A stretch of 64,000 bases of DNA from a bacterium (GTDB lineage Bacteria; UBA8248): the NCBI GenBank assembly GCA_965261085.1, contig OZ253442.1:1760001-1824000 (forward strand), read 5' to 3'. The notes below the pieces were generated by a model, which was given only the letters and a program-made list of their open reading frames with translations, was not told where the DNA came from and did no database searches. The translations under genes were made by a program, and so were the position numbers. Below, piece after piece: positions 25,520 to 36,481 of this stretch. Positions within the stretch are counted from its first letter, which is position 1. Every line of letters starts with the position of its first letter.

Positions 25520-26011
25520 ATGGCGGGATCCGTGGAGGAATGGATTGGGGCGTATCTCAATGATAAGGGCTGGCGCATCGCTACGGCGGAGAGTTGTACG
25601 GGCGGCCTCATCGCCAGCCGCATCACGGATGTTTCCGGCAGTTCCGCTTATTTTGAACAGGGTTTCATCACCTATAGCAACGAAGCGAAAATGGCGCTTC
25701 TGGGTGTGTCGAAAGACATCGTGGCGACCGAGGGCGGGCCGGGTGCGGTGAGCGAAGCCTGCGCACGCGCGATGGCGGATGGTGTTCGCGCGGCGACGGG
25801 TAGTGAGATCGGGCTCTCCGTCACGGGCATCGCCGGCCCTACAGGCGGTAGCGCCGAGAAGCCGGTGGGCACGGTGTATATTGCCGTCGCCACGTCTTTC
25901 GGCACCACCTGCCGCCACTATGTGTTCGAAGGCTCCCGCCTGGAAGTGAAGGCCCAAACGGCGCAGGCCGCACTCGATATGGCGCGCGATGCCCTGGAAG
26001 CGTCGGGCTGA
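25520..26011 (+). CDS. CinA C-terminal domain / NMN deamidase (PncC-like)
   Basis: AESCTGG, GSSAYF, TGIAGP.GG...KPVG; start could be 25496. Confidence 0.92.
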   Translation: MAGSVEEWIGAYLNDKGWRIATAESCTGGLIASRITDVSGSSAYFEQGFITYSNEAKMALLGVSKDIVATEGGPGAVSEACARAMADGVRAATGSEIGLSVTGIAGPTGGSAEKPVGTVYIAVATSFGTTCRHYVFEGSRLEVKAQTAQAALDMARDALEASG

Positions 26012-26081
26012 CTATAAAATGCATGAGAGTGCTCATTCCCCGCGCAAGCGGGTGTGACCGGTCCTGAGAAGGAGATTCTCT

Positions 26082-26669
26082 ATGCGCGCATTTCTGGCGA
26101 TTCCATTCAGCACGGATGAATACAGGCTCTTCGAATCGCTTCAGGCCTTGCTTGCCACCATGCCGGCTCTGGAAGATTTCCGCTGGGTAAGACCTGAGAA
26201 CATTCACATCACTCTGCGTTTTCTGGGTGATATCGAAGAGGAACAGGCCGCCGCCGCAGAGGCCCTGCTCCGTACGGGAGAAGACGTGCCTGCTTTTGAT
26301 ATTTCGATAGATCGCTTTGGTGTTTTTCCGCATCTCAAGCGCCCCAATGTGCTCTGGGCGGGGCCTTCGGAAACGCCGGAACCTCTGGTGGAATTCGAGG
26401 CAAGCCTTTCCCGTTATCTGATGGAGGCGGGGTTCCCGTCTGCGGAGGGACTTTTTCACCCGCATCTGACGCTGGCGAGGCGCCGCTCCCGCGACCGACC
26501 ACCCGCAGGTCTCGAGGGAGAGCTCGAAGTTGCCGAGCAGCGATGGTTGACACCTCCCCTCATATGCCGCGCGCGCAAAGCGGTATTGTTCAGAAGCGAA
26601 CTCAACCCCTCGGGCGCCATACACACCGCGCTGGAAAAAGTGACTTTAGGCCAGGCGCACGGCGGGTAA
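26082..26669 (+). CDS. thpR: RNA 2',3'-cyclic phosphodiesterase
   Basis: MRAFLAI start, two HxT motifs (HITL, HLTL). Confidence 0.92.
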   Translation: MRAFLAIPFSTDEYRLFESLQALLATMPALEDFRWVRPENIHITLRFLGDIEEEQAAAAEALLRTGEDVPAFDISIDRFGVFPHLKRPNVLWAGPSETPEPLVEFEASLSRYLMEAGFPSAEGLFHPHLTLARRRSRDRPPAGLEGELEVAEQRWLTPPLICRARKAVLFRSELNPSGAIHTALEKVTLGQAHGG

Positions 26670-26997
26670 TTCGTCCGTTTCGTGGCGTCAGATGTCCACC
26701 CGGAGCACTAGGTATTGGGCCATATTCTACTCCCTTTGGAAGAAAAATCGGACTTTGTACAGATTTTCGCTTTATATACTTGATTCTGAGCGTCATTTAA
26801 CGTATATTTAGCGAAAATAAACCGCCGCCGTTGTTGGGAATCATGGATAGACAATGGAATGAGGCCTGCTCCTCACGAACCCTTTTGGAAGTAACGGCGC
26901 ATGCCGTATTGCAGAAAAAGGGTCGATCCCCTAAATTGGTCCTATGTCCGCCATCGCCCGATCCGGTGCGTATTCCTCCATCCAAGGGAGTTTTCCG

Positions 26998-28098
26998 ATG
27001 AACCTCAAAAACGGGTCCCCCTCCTCGAAATCCGAGAATCCGCAAGGGCGTGAGAGCCGCGAGAAGGCGCTGGACATGGCTTTCAACCAGATCAACCGTC
27101 AATTCGGCAAAGGCTCCATCATGCGCCTGGGCGAAGGGCCGGGTATGGGAGCGATTGAGGCTATTTCGACGGGTTCGGTATCGCTCGATGCCGCCTTGGG
27201 CTGCGGCGGTGTGCCGCGCGGGCGCATTGTGGAGATATTCGGGCCCGAGTCTTCGGGCAAGACGACCATCGCACTGCAAATCATCGCGGAGGTGCAGCGC
27301 AGCGGCGGAATGGCCGCCTTCGTGGATGCGGAGCACGCTCTGGACCCGATCTACGCCAAAGCGCTTGGGGTGCAGACGGACAACCTCATCGTCTCCCAAC
27401 CCGATACGGGTGAGCAGGCCCTGGAGATAGCCGAAATTTTGACGAGCAGCGGCTCGCTCGGCGTGGTCGTTATAGACTCCGTAGCCGCCCTGGTGCCCAA
27501 GGCGGAACTGGAAGGCGACATGGGGGATCACCACGTAGGTCTCCAGGCGCGGCTCATGAGCCAGGCGCTTCGCAAACTCACGGGTGTCGTGCACCGCAGC
27601 AACACGTGTTTCATCTTCATCAACCAGATTCGCATGAAGATCGGCGTGATGTTCGGCAACCCGGAAACCACTTCCGGTGGAAACGCGCTCAAATTCTATG
27701 CTTCCGTACGCTTGGACATCCGGCGAATCGCCGCGATTAAAGAAGGTGAGAACAACGTGGGCAACAGGACGCGGGTGCGCGTGGTGAAGAACAAGTTAGC
27801 ATCTCCGTTTCGCACGGCGGAATTCGACATTATGTTCGGGCGCGGCGTTTCGAAAGAAGGCGACGTACTCGATTTGGCCGTTGAAAAAGACATAGTCGCC
27901 AAGACGGGGTCGTGGTACTCCTATGGTGAGGAGCGCATCGGCCAGGGGCGTGAGAACGTGAAACGGTTTTTGAGCGAGAACGCGGATATCTTCTCGGAAA
28001 TCGAGAGGCAGGTGCGCGCCGCCGTCGGAATCGGCGCGCCGAAAGCGACCCCACAGGCTAAGGAGACGCCCCAGGCGCAGGCGGCGACGCCGAAGTAG
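26998..28098 (+). CDS. recA: Recombinase RecA
   Basis: [35 protein letters not shown]. Confidence 0.99.
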   Translation: MNLKNGSPSSKSENPQGRESREKALDMAFNQINRQFGKGSIMRLGEGPGMGAIEAISTGSVSLDAALGCGGVPRGRIVEIFGPESSGKTTIALQIIAEVQRSGGMAAFVDAEHALDPIYAKALGVQTDNLIVSQPDTGEQALEIAEILTSSGSLGVVVIDSVAALVPKAELEGDMGDHHVGLQARLMSQALRKLTGVVHRSNTCFIFINQIRMKIGVMFGNPETTSGGNALKFYASVRLDIRRIAAIKEGENNVGNRTRVRVVKNKLASPFRTAEFDIMFGRGVSKEGDVLDLAVEKDIVAKTGSWYSYGEERIGQGRENVKRFLSENADIFSEIERQVRAAVGIGAPKATPQAKETPQAQAATPK

Positions 28099-28520
28099 GA
28101 GCGAGAGCGGAGAAGCACTCTTTTCGGGGTGTGGATGAGGGTCGGCGTGGTTGGATGGATATCATAACTCATTGAAAATAAAAGGAATAATTTGATTCCC
28201 GCCGCTCTTATGGTCGGTTTATTTTATCGAAAAACCCCGTGAATTTATCGATATTTTCAGTAATTCGAAATGCGTGTTTTCATTGCGTTTCCAGGGTATT
28301 TCATCGTTTCGGCGCCTCTGTCCTCGTTTCACTTCGCTGTCCCGGAAAGCGCAATCCCTCTTTTCTCCCTCGTGATGTACTCCCCCTCCATCGGGACGAT
28401 CCCTCCCTCCTCAATCGGGATGGGGCCGCGAATTTGCTTCCCCGCTTCGGATGGGTTACATGATGGCAATCGGCTTGGCGAGTGAGCCGATTGCGTACCC
28501 ATTTCACCGGGGAATATCTC

Positions 28521-29030
28521 ATGGCCGTGTTGGAAATTCTCAAGTATCCGGCTTCTGCTCTTCGCCGGAAATGCCTTCCCGTCGAGCGCGTCACGGAGCG
28601 GATAGAGGAACTGGCGCGCGCGATGCTCGACACCCTGCATGATGCGCCCGGCGTCGGCCTCGCCGCCCCCCAGGTGGGAGAGAACGTCCGGCTCATCGTG
28701 GTGGACGTCTCGCTCGGGAAAGACCTCAAGCAGGTGTATTTTCTCATCAATCCTGAAATCGAAAGCGCCGAAGGCGAGCGAATCGTGGAGGAGGGCTGCC
28801 TCTCGCTGCCGGACGTGACTGAAAAAATCCGCCGCCACGAGGCGGTGCGGGTGCGGGCGCTGAACTTAAACGGTGAGGAAGTGGTTCTCGACGCGCGCGA
28901 GGTTCTCGCCTTCGTCTTACAGCATGAAATCGATCATTTAGACGGAAAACTCATCCTGGATCACCTCAACAAGACGAAACGCGACGTCGTGAAGCGCCGC
29001 CTCAAGAAACAGGCCAGGGCCGCCTCTTAG
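28521..29030 (+). CDS. def: Peptide deformylase
   Basis: GVGLAAPQVG, EGCLS, QHEIDHLDG. Confidence 0.97.
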   Translation: MAVLEILKYPASALRRKCLPVERVTERIEELARAMLDTLHDAPGVGLAAPQVGENVRLIVVDVSLGKDLKQVYFLINPEIESAEGERIVEEGCLSLPDVTEKIRRHEAVRVRALNLNGEEVVLDAREVLAFVLQHEIDHLDGKLILDHLNKTKRDVVKRRLKKQARAAS

Positions 29031-29114
29031 AAAACCCTCATTCGCTCGTGCTATATTTTCGTGGTTGATCCGCGCGCGCTTTGGTCGGCGCCGCGGTTTT
29101 TCGGGGAGGAATCC

Positions 29115-30059
29115 ATGCGGGCGGTTTTTTTCGGCACATCCGAATTCGCCGTGCCTGCGCTTCGCGCCTTGATGGCGTCGTCCATCGAGTTGGCGGCGGT
29201 GTTCACGCAGCCGGACAGGCCCGCGGGGAGGGGACGCAAGCTGACGCCGCCGCCCGTCAAAATATGCGCGCTCGAGGCGGGAGTCCCCGTCTTACAACCC
29301 GAGAGAATCCGCTCGACCGACGTAGCGGAATTTCGGCCCGACGTGGGCGTGGTGGCGGCGTATGGCCAGATTCTGAACAGAAAACTCTTGAACGTACCCC
29401 GGTTGGGATTGTTGAACCTGCATCCATCGCTTCTTCCGCGCTGGCGGGGAGCTGCGCCGATTCAGCGCGCCCTCCTAGAAGGTGATTCCGAAACGGGAGT
29501 CTGCGTGATGCGGGTTGCTCCGGAACTCGACGCAGGCCCCGTGCTCGCGAGGCGCTCGCTGCCGATTGGGCCAAGGGACACTTCGGGCGCGCTGCACGAC
29601 AAGCTGGCCGCGCTAGGGGCCGAGCAGATGGTGGCGACGTTGATCGCGCTCGAAAATGGAAAAATCACAGAGCAGCCGCAGGATGAATCCCTCGTCACCT
29701 ATGCGGAAAAACTCCAAAAAGAAGAAGCGAAACTCGATTGGCGCTTACCCGCGAGCCGGCTCGACAGGTTGATCAGAGGATTAAACCCCTGGCCCGTGGC
29801 GCAGACCTCATGGCCGGGTATGGCGAACCCGGTGCGGATTTGGCGGGCCTGGCCGAATCCGGGCGAATCCGGCGAAGCCGCCGGTGAGATTCTGGGATTG
29901 GTCGAATCGCCCGAGGGCGAGGGAATCCGCGTGGCCACAGGGAAGGGAGATTTGATTATTCTGGAGATACAGCCGCCGGGCAAGAAGAAAATGGACGCAG
30001 AAGCATTCGCCAGGGGATATCCATGCCGGCCCGGCCTCGTGCTTGGAGAGGACGCGTGA
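29115..30059 (+). CDS. fmt: Methionyl-tRNA formyltransferase
   Basis: TQPDRPAGRG, HPSLLPRWRGAAPIQ. Confidence 0.97.
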   Translation: MRAVFFGTSEFAVPALRALMASSIELAAVFTQPDRPAGRGRKLTPPPVKICALEAGVPVLQPERIRSTDVAEFRPDVGVVAAYGQILNRKLLNVPRLGLLNLHPSLLPRWRGAAPIQRALLEGDSETGVCVMRVAPELDAGPVLARRSLPIGPRDTSGALHDKLAALGAEQMVATLIALENGKITEQPQDESLVTYAEKLQKEEAKLDWRLPASRLDRLIRGLNPWPVAQTSWPGMANPVRIWRAWPNPGESGEAAGEILGLVESPEGEGIRVATGKGDLIILEIQPPGKKKMDAEAFARGYPCRPGLVLGEDA

Positions 30060-31426
30060 GCCGGAATCTCGCGGTGGGTGAGAAAAGCGCACGTTCTGCC
30101 GACCTCGTTCGCCGGGCGGCGCACGCCGCTCTTCTCTCTTTTGAGAAAAACCCCCTCGCGGCGGATTTGCTGGTCGATCGATTCTCATCGGCGGATTTCG
30201 ACCCACGCGACCGCGCGTTTTTGCGCGATTTGATCTATGGCGTCCTGAGATGGCGTAATCGCCTGGATTTCGTTTTCGGCCATTTCCTGAACAAACCGAA
30301 CGTGGCTCCTCCCGTGCGGGAAGCGTTGCGGTTGGGAACTTACCAGCTTTTGTTCATGGATCGCGTGCCTGCGCACAGTGCGGTGGATGGCAGTGTTTCT
30401 TTGTTGAATCGCCGGAATCTGGGCTGGGCGCGTGGATTGGTGAACGCGGTTTTGCGCAAGGTGGCGGAGCATGATGTTTCGCCGCCCGAAAATCGAGAAG
30501 ATTATCTGACGATATGGGAATCTCACCCGGGATGGCTGGTGAGACGCTGGATGCGTGACCTCGGAGAAGAGGAGGCGCAAAGGCGGTGCCGGGCGAACAA
30601 CGCCGAAGCGCCTGTCGTCTTTCGCGTGAACACCCGGGTGTCGAACGCCCAAAGTTTGGTAGCCGAATTGAAAAGCGAGGGCATCGCCGCACGGCCCGGA
30701 TGCGTGGACCCTGATTGTTTGGTATTTGCGCCGGATGAGAGCACGCCTGGCGTACGCTTCAGCGATGCGGCGGCATATCGCGAGGGCAAGTTCATCGTCA
30801 TGGATGAGAGTTCGAGCCTGGTGTCGCGTTTCGCAGGTGTCGCCGCCGGGGAGAGAATTCTCGATGCCTGTGCGGCCCCCGGCGGGAAAACGGCTTGTCT
30901 CGCCTGGGCTGCGGGAGAGAACGGGAGCGTCGTGGCGGGGGATGAGTCTTCTCACCGGCTGGCTCGCCTCAAGGGTAATTGTGTTAGGATTCGGGCGGTC
31001 GCGCGGCTTTTGCGGATGGATGCAATGAGGCCGCCGTTTCATGAAAAATTCGACCTCGTTCTCGTGGATGCGCCGTGCAGCGGGCTGGGGGTATTCAGGC
31101 GGCATCCCGATGCGAGGTGGCGGGTGCGAGAAAAAGACTTGAAGGCGCAGGCGCGTCGACAGATCGCGATTTTGCGGGGTGCGGCCGGTGCTGTTCGCCG
31201 GGGCGGCAGACTGGTGTATTCGGTCTGCACGAACGAGCCCGAGGAAACCGAAGAAGTGGCCGCTTCATTTCAAGAGCCCGGGTTCGTCCCCATACGGGAC
31301 GGAGGCGCCCTCCCCGAAGTCGCAAGAGGTTTTCGGGGCGCGGACGGAGCGTTGCGGATAACGCCGGGAGGCGGGCTTGACGGCTTTTTCGCCATGAGTT
31401 GGCGCAAAGAGGGCGGAAATTGCTGA
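30056..31426 (+). CDS. rsmB: 16S rRNA m5C967 methyltransferase RsmB
   Basis: NusB-like N-terminus, DACAAPGGKT, DAPCSG, YSVCT. Confidence 0.93.
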   Translation: MSRNLAVGEKSARSADLVRRAAHAALLSFEKNPLAADLLVDRFSSADFDPRDRAFLRDLIYGVLRWRNRLDFVFGHFLNKPNVAPPVREALRLGTYQLLFMDRVPAHSAVDGSVSLLNRRNLGWARGLVNAVLRKVAEHDVSPPENREDYLTIWESHPGWLVRRWMRDLGEEEAQRRCRANNAEAPVVFRVNTRVSNAQSLVAELKSEGIAARPGCVDPDCLVFAPDESTPGVRFSDAAAYREGKFIVMDESSSLVSRFAGVAAGERILDACAAPGGKTACLAWAAGENGSVVAGDESSHRLARLKGNCVRIRAVARLLRMDAMRPPFHEKFDLVLVDAPCSGLGVFRRHPDARWRVREKDLKAQARRQIAILRGAAGAVRRGGRLVYSVCTNEPEETEEVAASFQEPGFVPIRDGGALPEVARGFRGADGALRITPGGGLDGFFAMSWRKEGGNC

Positions 31427-32358
31427 AAGGGATATTGAAGGGTATTTTCTGGGTTGCGCTCCTCGTCGGACTGGGCGGCGTGGGGGGCGCTGCGGGCCTT
31501 TACGTCTTCAGGGGGGGAGAGGGCGTCTTCCTGCCCCAGGTCACAGGCTTCGACGTGGTTCGCGCGCTCGAGTTGCTGGGAGAGAAAGGAATACCCATGC
31601 AGGTCTCCGGGCGCGTGTTCAGCGATGCGGTATCCATGAATCACGTCGTGCGGCAGAATCCTCCAGGTGGACGCCGTATTCGCAAGGGAAGAATCGTATC
31701 GCTCGTTCTCAGCAAAGGCCCACGCGATGTGGCGGTGCCTGCGGTGGTGGGCAAGAACCTCAACCGCGCGGAGACTCTCATTCGCCTCGAAGGCCTTCGC
31801 CTTCGGCTGGTGGAGCGATTGTATGATCCCAAGCGGCCCATCGACCAGGTTTTGGGCGTCTGGCCGAATGAGGGTGAAAATATCAGGCGCGGCGAGGGCG
31901 TGGTTCTCGTCGTCAGCCAGGGTTTCCGCGAGCGGGCCTACGTCATGCCGTCCCTGATCGGGGAACCCGTCAACAATGCTCTTGATAAGGTTCGCGCGCT
32001 CGGCCTGACGGTCGGGCGCGTCCGCTACGTGGATCGCCCCGGTTCGCTGCGAGGCTCCATCGTTTTTCAAATACCGCCGCAGGGGCGGCGCGTCCTGGTG
32101 GGCCACCGGGTGCATGTGGACGTGGCGCGCGGCGCGGACCAGATTGCGGGGAATTTCATCGTCTTGCGCTACCGCGTGCCGCACGGAAAACCCAGGCGCA
32201 CGCTTCGCGTGGAAATGGAATCGAACGGCGAGACGCGAGAGGAACTCTCCCGCGAGGTGAGCGCGGGCGAGGAGATTCATCTGCTGGTGCGGGTGAAGGG
32301 TGCAGCTATGGCGCGTATATTTCTGGATGGCCGTCTGGTCGAAGAGCAACAGCACTAG
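31420..32358 (+). CDS. PASTA domain-containing membrane protein
   Basis: N-terminal TM then three PASTA-like repeats (P.V.G ... V..Q.P ... LV.S.G). Confidence 0.88.
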   Translation: MLKGILKGIFWVALLVGLGGVGGAAGLYVFRGGEGVFLPQVTGFDVVRALELLGEKGIPMQVSGRVFSDAVSMNHVVRQNPPGGRRIRKGRIVSLVLSKGPRDVAVPAVVGKNLNRAETLIRLEGLRLRLVERLYDPKRPIDQVLGVWPNEGENIRRGEGVVLVVSQGFRERAYVMPSLIGEPVNNALDKVRALGLTVGRVRYVDRPGSLRGSIVFQIPPQGRRVLVGHRVHVDVARGADQIAGNFIVLRYRVPHGKPRRTLRVEMESNGETREELSREVSAGEEIHLLVRVKGAAMARIFLDGRLVEEQQH

Positions 32359-32373
32359 GAGAGAGGAATCGAT

Positions 32374-33051
32374 ATGTCCAAGCCGGATATGGCGCCTGGG
32401 AAAATACGGGTGGCGCCCTCTTTGCTCTCCTGTTCTTTCGAGAAGATGGGTGAAGAGATAGCGGCGATGCGCGAAGCCGGAGCGGACTGGCTGCATTTCG
32501 ACGTGATGGACGGCCATTTCGTCCCCAACATTTCCGTGGGGCCTTTGGGTGTCCAGGCGGCCAGGAGAGCTTCGCCCGACATGGTGCTCGACGTGCATTT
32601 GATGATCGCGGATCCGGATCGCTACATCGAAGCGTTTGCGGATGCGGGCGCGGACATTTTGACGGTTCACGTGGAGGCCCCGACGCACATTCACCGAACC
32701 CTCGAGAGCATACGCGGGCTTGGTTTGGGGGTCGGACTGACGCTCAACCCCGGAACGCCGCTTTCGGCGATAGAAGGCCTGTTGCCAGAAGTGGATATGG
32801 CCCTCGTCATGAGCGTCAATCCAGGCTTTGGCGGGCAGAAATTCATCCCGGCCTCCCTGGATCGGATTCGGTGTCTGAGGGGGATGATTGAGGAGCAGGG
32901 GGCTTCGGTTCTGATAGAGATCGACGGCGGCGTAACGCCGCAAAATGCGGCGGATGTACGCGCAGCGGGCGCAGAGGCGCTGGTGGCCGGTTCCGCCGTG
33001 TTCGGGGCGAAAGACTATGCGGAGGCCATACGCGGCATCAGGGGCGGTTGA
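32374..33051 (+). CDS. rpe: Ribulose-phosphate 3-epimerase
   Basis: DVMDGHFVPN, DVHLMI, MSVNPGFGGQKF, IDGG. Confidence 0.97.
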   Translation: MSKPDMAPGKIRVAPSLLSCSFEKMGEEIAAMREAGADWLHFDVMDGHFVPNISVGPLGVQAARRASPDMVLDVHLMIADPDRYIEAFADAGADILTVHVEAPTHIHRTLESIRGLGLGVGLTLNPGTPLSAIEGLLPEVDMALVMSVNPGFGGQKFIPASLDRIRCLRGMIEEQGASVLIEIDGGVTPQNAADVRAAGAEALVAGSAVFGAKDYAEAIRGIRGG

Positions 33052-33074
33052 GGTTTGATGTGAGCGGGCCTCTC

Positions 33075-33468
33075 GGGGCTGTTGAAAAATTCCTGATTTC
33101 GTGACTCGGCGTATGTAGCCGACCGGGGAGGGAGGAGACAACACTCCCCCCTTGAGGGGAATTTCCTCTGCAGAGAAAAATCTATATTCACTCCCCCCTT
33201 GAGGGGGAGTCGGCAAGGCAAGGACGGAGTCCGCAGCCGCGCCGGTTGGGGGGTGCTTATATTTTGTGCGTACCCTACATTTTAGAATCATACCCCCCAC
33301 CAGTTCGCTTGCGGGCTTAAGCCCTTAGCTCACGGACTCCCCCTCAAGGGGGGAGTGTTGTCTCCTCCCGCATCGGTTGGCAATGCCGCTTCATGGGGGA
33401 GTCATTTCATAAGCGTATGTCGATTGAGAAATCCATTCCCTGTATTTGGGGGCTATTTCAACAACCCC
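33075..33468. repeat. MITE/REP-like element with 13-bp imperfect terminal inverted repeats and nested palindromes
   Basis: GGGGCTGTTGAAA (33075) / TTTCAACAACCCC (33456-33468); perfect 30-bp inverted repeat 33130-33159 vs 33340-33369; CTCCCCCCTTGAGGGG units. Confidence 0.7.
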
Positions 33469-33630
33469 CTATCGTGGCGGCTTTTTTCATTTGGCCTTGG
33501 ACGGAGTGGCCGGGCGATCTATACGTGGTTGACACTTGAGGCATAAAATCCTTATAAGTTGGGTTTCCTCACTCGGCCTTGTGGGTGGAAATTCGAAAAC
33601 ATATTGAATATCAATTAGTTGGGGTGTTCG

Positions 33631-34965
33631 ATGTTTGATGGCTTGAAAGAGCGTCTGGGCGGTATCTTCAAGGACTTGAGAAGCCGGGGCGTATTGGGAG
33701 AAAAACAGGTCGATTCCGCGCTTCGCGAGATTCGCCTGGCGCTGCTCGAAGCCGACGTGAACTTCCGGGTCGCCAAGGAATTGGTGGCGAAAATCCGCGA
33801 AGATTTGCTTGGTGTGGAGCGCGTTGCGCACCTCGATCCTTCCCAGCAGGTCATCAAGACGGTTCAGAATCGTCTTACGGAACTCATGGGGACCAAGAGC
33901 GCTCCGCTCGAGCGCGCCACGAGCGGCGTCACCACCGTGATGCTTGTCGGCCTGCAGGGTTCGGGCAAAACGACGACAGCCGGCAAGATCGCACTAAGAT
34001 TAAGAGGCAAGGGGTTGCGCGTTCTTCTCGTGCCTGCGGACGTCGCGCGGCCGGCGGCCATCGCCCAGCTCAAGAGGCTGGCTGAACAGACGGGCGCCGA
34101 CGCATTCGATTCGGAAGGCATGTCGGATCCCGTGGAAATCGTCCGGCGAGCTTCCGAAAAAGCCCGGCTCGAGCATTTCGATTATTGCATCGTGGACAGC
34201 GCGGGCCGGCTGCACATCGATGATGCGTTGATGGACGAGTTGAAGCAGATGAAAGAAGCGGCGCGGCCCGACGAGGTGCTCCTGGTTGCCGATGCGATGA
34301 CGGGCCAGGAGGCGGTGAACCTGGGACAAGCGTTTTCCGAGCGAATCGGCATCACGGGCGTCGTGCTCACGAAGCTGGACGGAGACGCCAGAGGCGGCGG
34401 CGCCCTCTCGCTGCGCTCGGTGACGGGCGTGCCCGTCAAGATGGTCGGTGTGGGCGAGAAGCTCGATGCGCTCGAGGAGTTTCATCCCGAGAGGATGGCC
34501 TCGCGCATTCTGGGCATGGGGGACGTCATGTCCCTCATCGAGAAGGCTGAAGCCGCCATCTCCCCCGATGAGGCGCAATCCATGGTGGAATCCCTCGGCA
34601 AGGGTTCGTTCACCCTGGTGACGATGAAAGAGCAGATTCTTCAGATGCGGAAGATGGGTTCGATGGGCGAGGTCATGTCCATGATACCGGGGCTGGGAAA
34701 CAAGATGCCCGACGTGGATATCGACGATAAGGAACTCTCGCGCACGGTGGCCATCATCGATTCGATGACGCCCACCGAGCGCATGAAGCCTGAAATCATC
34801 AAGGGCAGCCGCAGAAAGCGCATCGCCACCGGGAGCGGAACCCGGGTGCAGGACGTGAACCGTCTGCTCAAGCAATTCTCGCAAACGCAGAAACTGATGA
34901 AGCAATTTTCCAGGGGCGGCAAGAAAAAACAGATGCAGAGAATGCGTCAAATGCTTAATTTTTAA
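33631..34965 (+). CDS. ffh: Signal recognition particle protein
   Basis: [32 protein letters not shown] domain. Confidence 0.98.
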   Translation: MFDGLKERLGGIFKDLRSRGVLGEKQVDSALREIRLALLEADVNFRVAKELVAKIREDLLGVERVAHLDPSQQVIKTVQNRLTELMGTKSAPLERATSGVTTVMLVGLQGSGKTTTAGKIALRLRGKGLRVLLVPADVARPAAIAQLKRLAEQTGADAFDSEGMSDPVEIVRRASEKARLEHFDYCIVDSAGRLHIDDALMDELKQMKEAARPDEVLLVADAMTGQEAVNLGQAFSERIGITGVVLTKLDGDARGGGALSLRSVTGVPVKMVGVGEKLDALEEFHPERMASRILGMGDVMSLIEKAEAAISPDEAQSMVESLGKGSFTLVTMKEQILQMRKMGSMGEVMSMIPGLGNKMPDVDIDDKELSRTVAIIDSMTPTERMKPEIIKGSRRKRIATGSGTRVQDVNRLLKQFSQTQKLMKQFSRGGKKKQMQRMRQMLNF

Positions 34966-34976
34966 GGAGAAATACT

Positions 34977-35222
34977 TTGGCCGTAAAGATCAGACTTGCC
35001 CGCGGGGGTATGAAAAAAGCGCCGCGCTACCGCGTCGTCGTGCAGGATGAGCGCATGCCGCGCGATGGTCGTTTCATCGAAAGCATCGGCCGCTACGATC
35101 CGTCGCAAGACCCCGCATTCGTTCATATCGATCTCGAGAAGGCGAAGGCCTGGATGGAGAAGGGCGCCATTCCGACCCGGACGGTCAAGAACCTTCTCGA
35201 CAGGGCGGGCATCAACGATTAG
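34977..35222 (+). CDS. rpsP: 30S ribosomal protein S16
   Basis: [21 protein letters not shown]. Confidence 0.97.
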   Translation: MAVKIRLARGGMKKAPRYRVVVQDERMPRDGRFIESIGRYDPSQDPAFVHIDLEKAKAWMEKGAIPTRTVKNLLDRAGIND

Positions 35223-35231
35223 GGACGCCCC

Positions 35232-35738
35232 GTGAGCGGCAAGGTGGCCGTGGGCGTCGCACTCAAGCCGCACGGTCTCAAAGGCGCCGTCCGGGTGGAG
35301 CCCTGGATCGATGGCTTGGACGCCTACGGGCGAATCGAAGAAGTCTTCTCACAGGATGAGCCTTCGAGAAGATTCGAGGTGGCGGTCTGCCACCGGGGCG
35401 GCAGGGGAGCCGTTGTCTGGAAGTTTGCGGGAATCGACACCCCCGAAGACGCCGAGGCGCTGCGGGGGATTGTTTTTCTGGCGGACAGAAAATTCCTGGA
35501 TGGCCCCGATGAGGGGGTTCTCTATTTCGAGGATTTCGAAGGCTGCGAAATCGCCGACGAACAGGGGCGTCTTCTCGGGCGTGTGGTGGACATGTTCGGA
35601 GCCGGCGGAAACGACGTTATCGTCATCCGCGCGCCGGGGGGAGAAGAGTTGCTCATGCCCGCAACGCGCGAGGTCGTATTGAGGCGCGAGGACGGGCGCT
35701 GGATTTTCCGTCCGCCTAAGCTCGATGTCGAGGATTGA
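35232..35738 (+). CDS. rimM: Ribosome maturation factor RimM
   Basis: PHGLKG.V, AEALRG, ND motif; synteny between rpsP and trmD. Confidence 0.9.
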   Translation: MSGKVAVGVALKPHGLKGAVRVEPWIDGLDAYGRIEEVFSQDEPSRRFEVAVCHRGGRGAVVWKFAGIDTPEDAEALRGIVFLADRKFLDGPDEGVLYFEDFEGCEIADEQGRLLGRVVDMFGAGGNDVIVIRAPGGEELLMPATREVVLRREDGRWIFRPPKLDVED

Positions 35739-35747
35739 GGAGTTTCC

Positions 35748-36476
35748 ATGCGCATCGACATTCTTTCCGTGCTTCCTCGCATGGTGGAAGAGGCGTTCCG
35801 GGAGGGCGTCGTGGGACGCGCGGTCCAGCAGGGCGTTCTGGAGCTGAAGGTCTGGAATTTGCGCGATTTCGCCGAGGGGAAATATCAACAGACCGACGAC
35901 GCTCCCTTCGGCGGCGGAGCGGGCATGGTCATGAAGCCGGAACCCATCTTGAAGGGCGTTCGGGCGATTCGCGAAGACGGCGATGCCGAACCGCTCAAGG
36001 TCCTGCTCACGCCGCAGGGGCGGTTGTTCGATCAGGCGGCCGCGCACAGGTTCTCCAAGTCTCCCAGGCTGCTCCTCATCTGCGGGCGCTACGAGGGCGT
36101 GGACGAGAGGGTGAGCGAATTGTGCGTGGATGAGGAGATCTCCATCGGCGACTACGTGCTCTCGGGAGGGGAGATTCCTGCCATGGCCGTCATCGACGCC
36201 GTCGGCAGGCTCATACCCGGCGTGTTGGGCAACGATGATTCGGCGGCGCAGGACAGCTTCACGGATGGCCTGCTCGATCATCCCCACTACACTCGGCCGG
36301 CGGAGTTCGAGGGAATCCGCGCGCCCGACGTGCTCTTGTCCGGTGACCACGAGGCGGTTCGCCTCTGGAGGAGGCGCCAGGCGCTCGAAAGAACGCGCGA
36401 AAGGCGAGAGGATCTGTTCGAGCGGGCCGAATTGAGTGATGAAGATTTGCGCTTGCTGAAATCTCCGCGGACTTAA
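35748..36476 (+). CDS. trmD: tRNA (guanine-N1)-methyltransferase
   Basis: DD.PFGGGAGMV, CGRYEGVDER, SIGDYVLSGGE, HPHYTRP. Confidence 0.97.
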   Translation: MRIDILSVLPRMVEEAFREGVVGRAVQQGVLELKVWNLRDFAEGKYQQTDDAPFGGGAGMVMKPEPILKGVRAIREDGDAEPLKVLLTPQGRLFDQAAAHRFSKSPRLLLICGRYEGVDERVSELCVDEEISIGDYVLSGGEIPAMAVIDAVGRLIPGVLGNDDSAAQDSFTDGLLDHPHYTRPAEFEGIRAPDVLLSGDHEAVRLWRRRQALERTRERREDLFERAELSDEDLRLLKSPRT

Positions 36477-36481
36477 AAAGA

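Noticed and set aside
26033-26060. TCATTCCCCGCGCAAGCGGGTGTGACCG resembles a type I-E CRISPR repeat or REP palindrome
   Set aside because: Single copy, no spacer array and no cas genes in the window.
26670-26997. LexA box upstream of recA
   Set aside because: No convincing match to the SOS-box patterns I know (CTGT-N8-ACAG, GAAC-N4-GTTC).
28468-28494. 9-bp hairpin CAATCGGCT/AGCCGATTG upstream of def
   Set aside because: Isolated stem without a U-tract or recognisable RNA family features.
31270-33300. 676-aa minus-strand ORF and many similar long antisense ORFs
   Set aside because: Shadow frames of well-supported genes in GC-rich DNA; no recognisable motifs.
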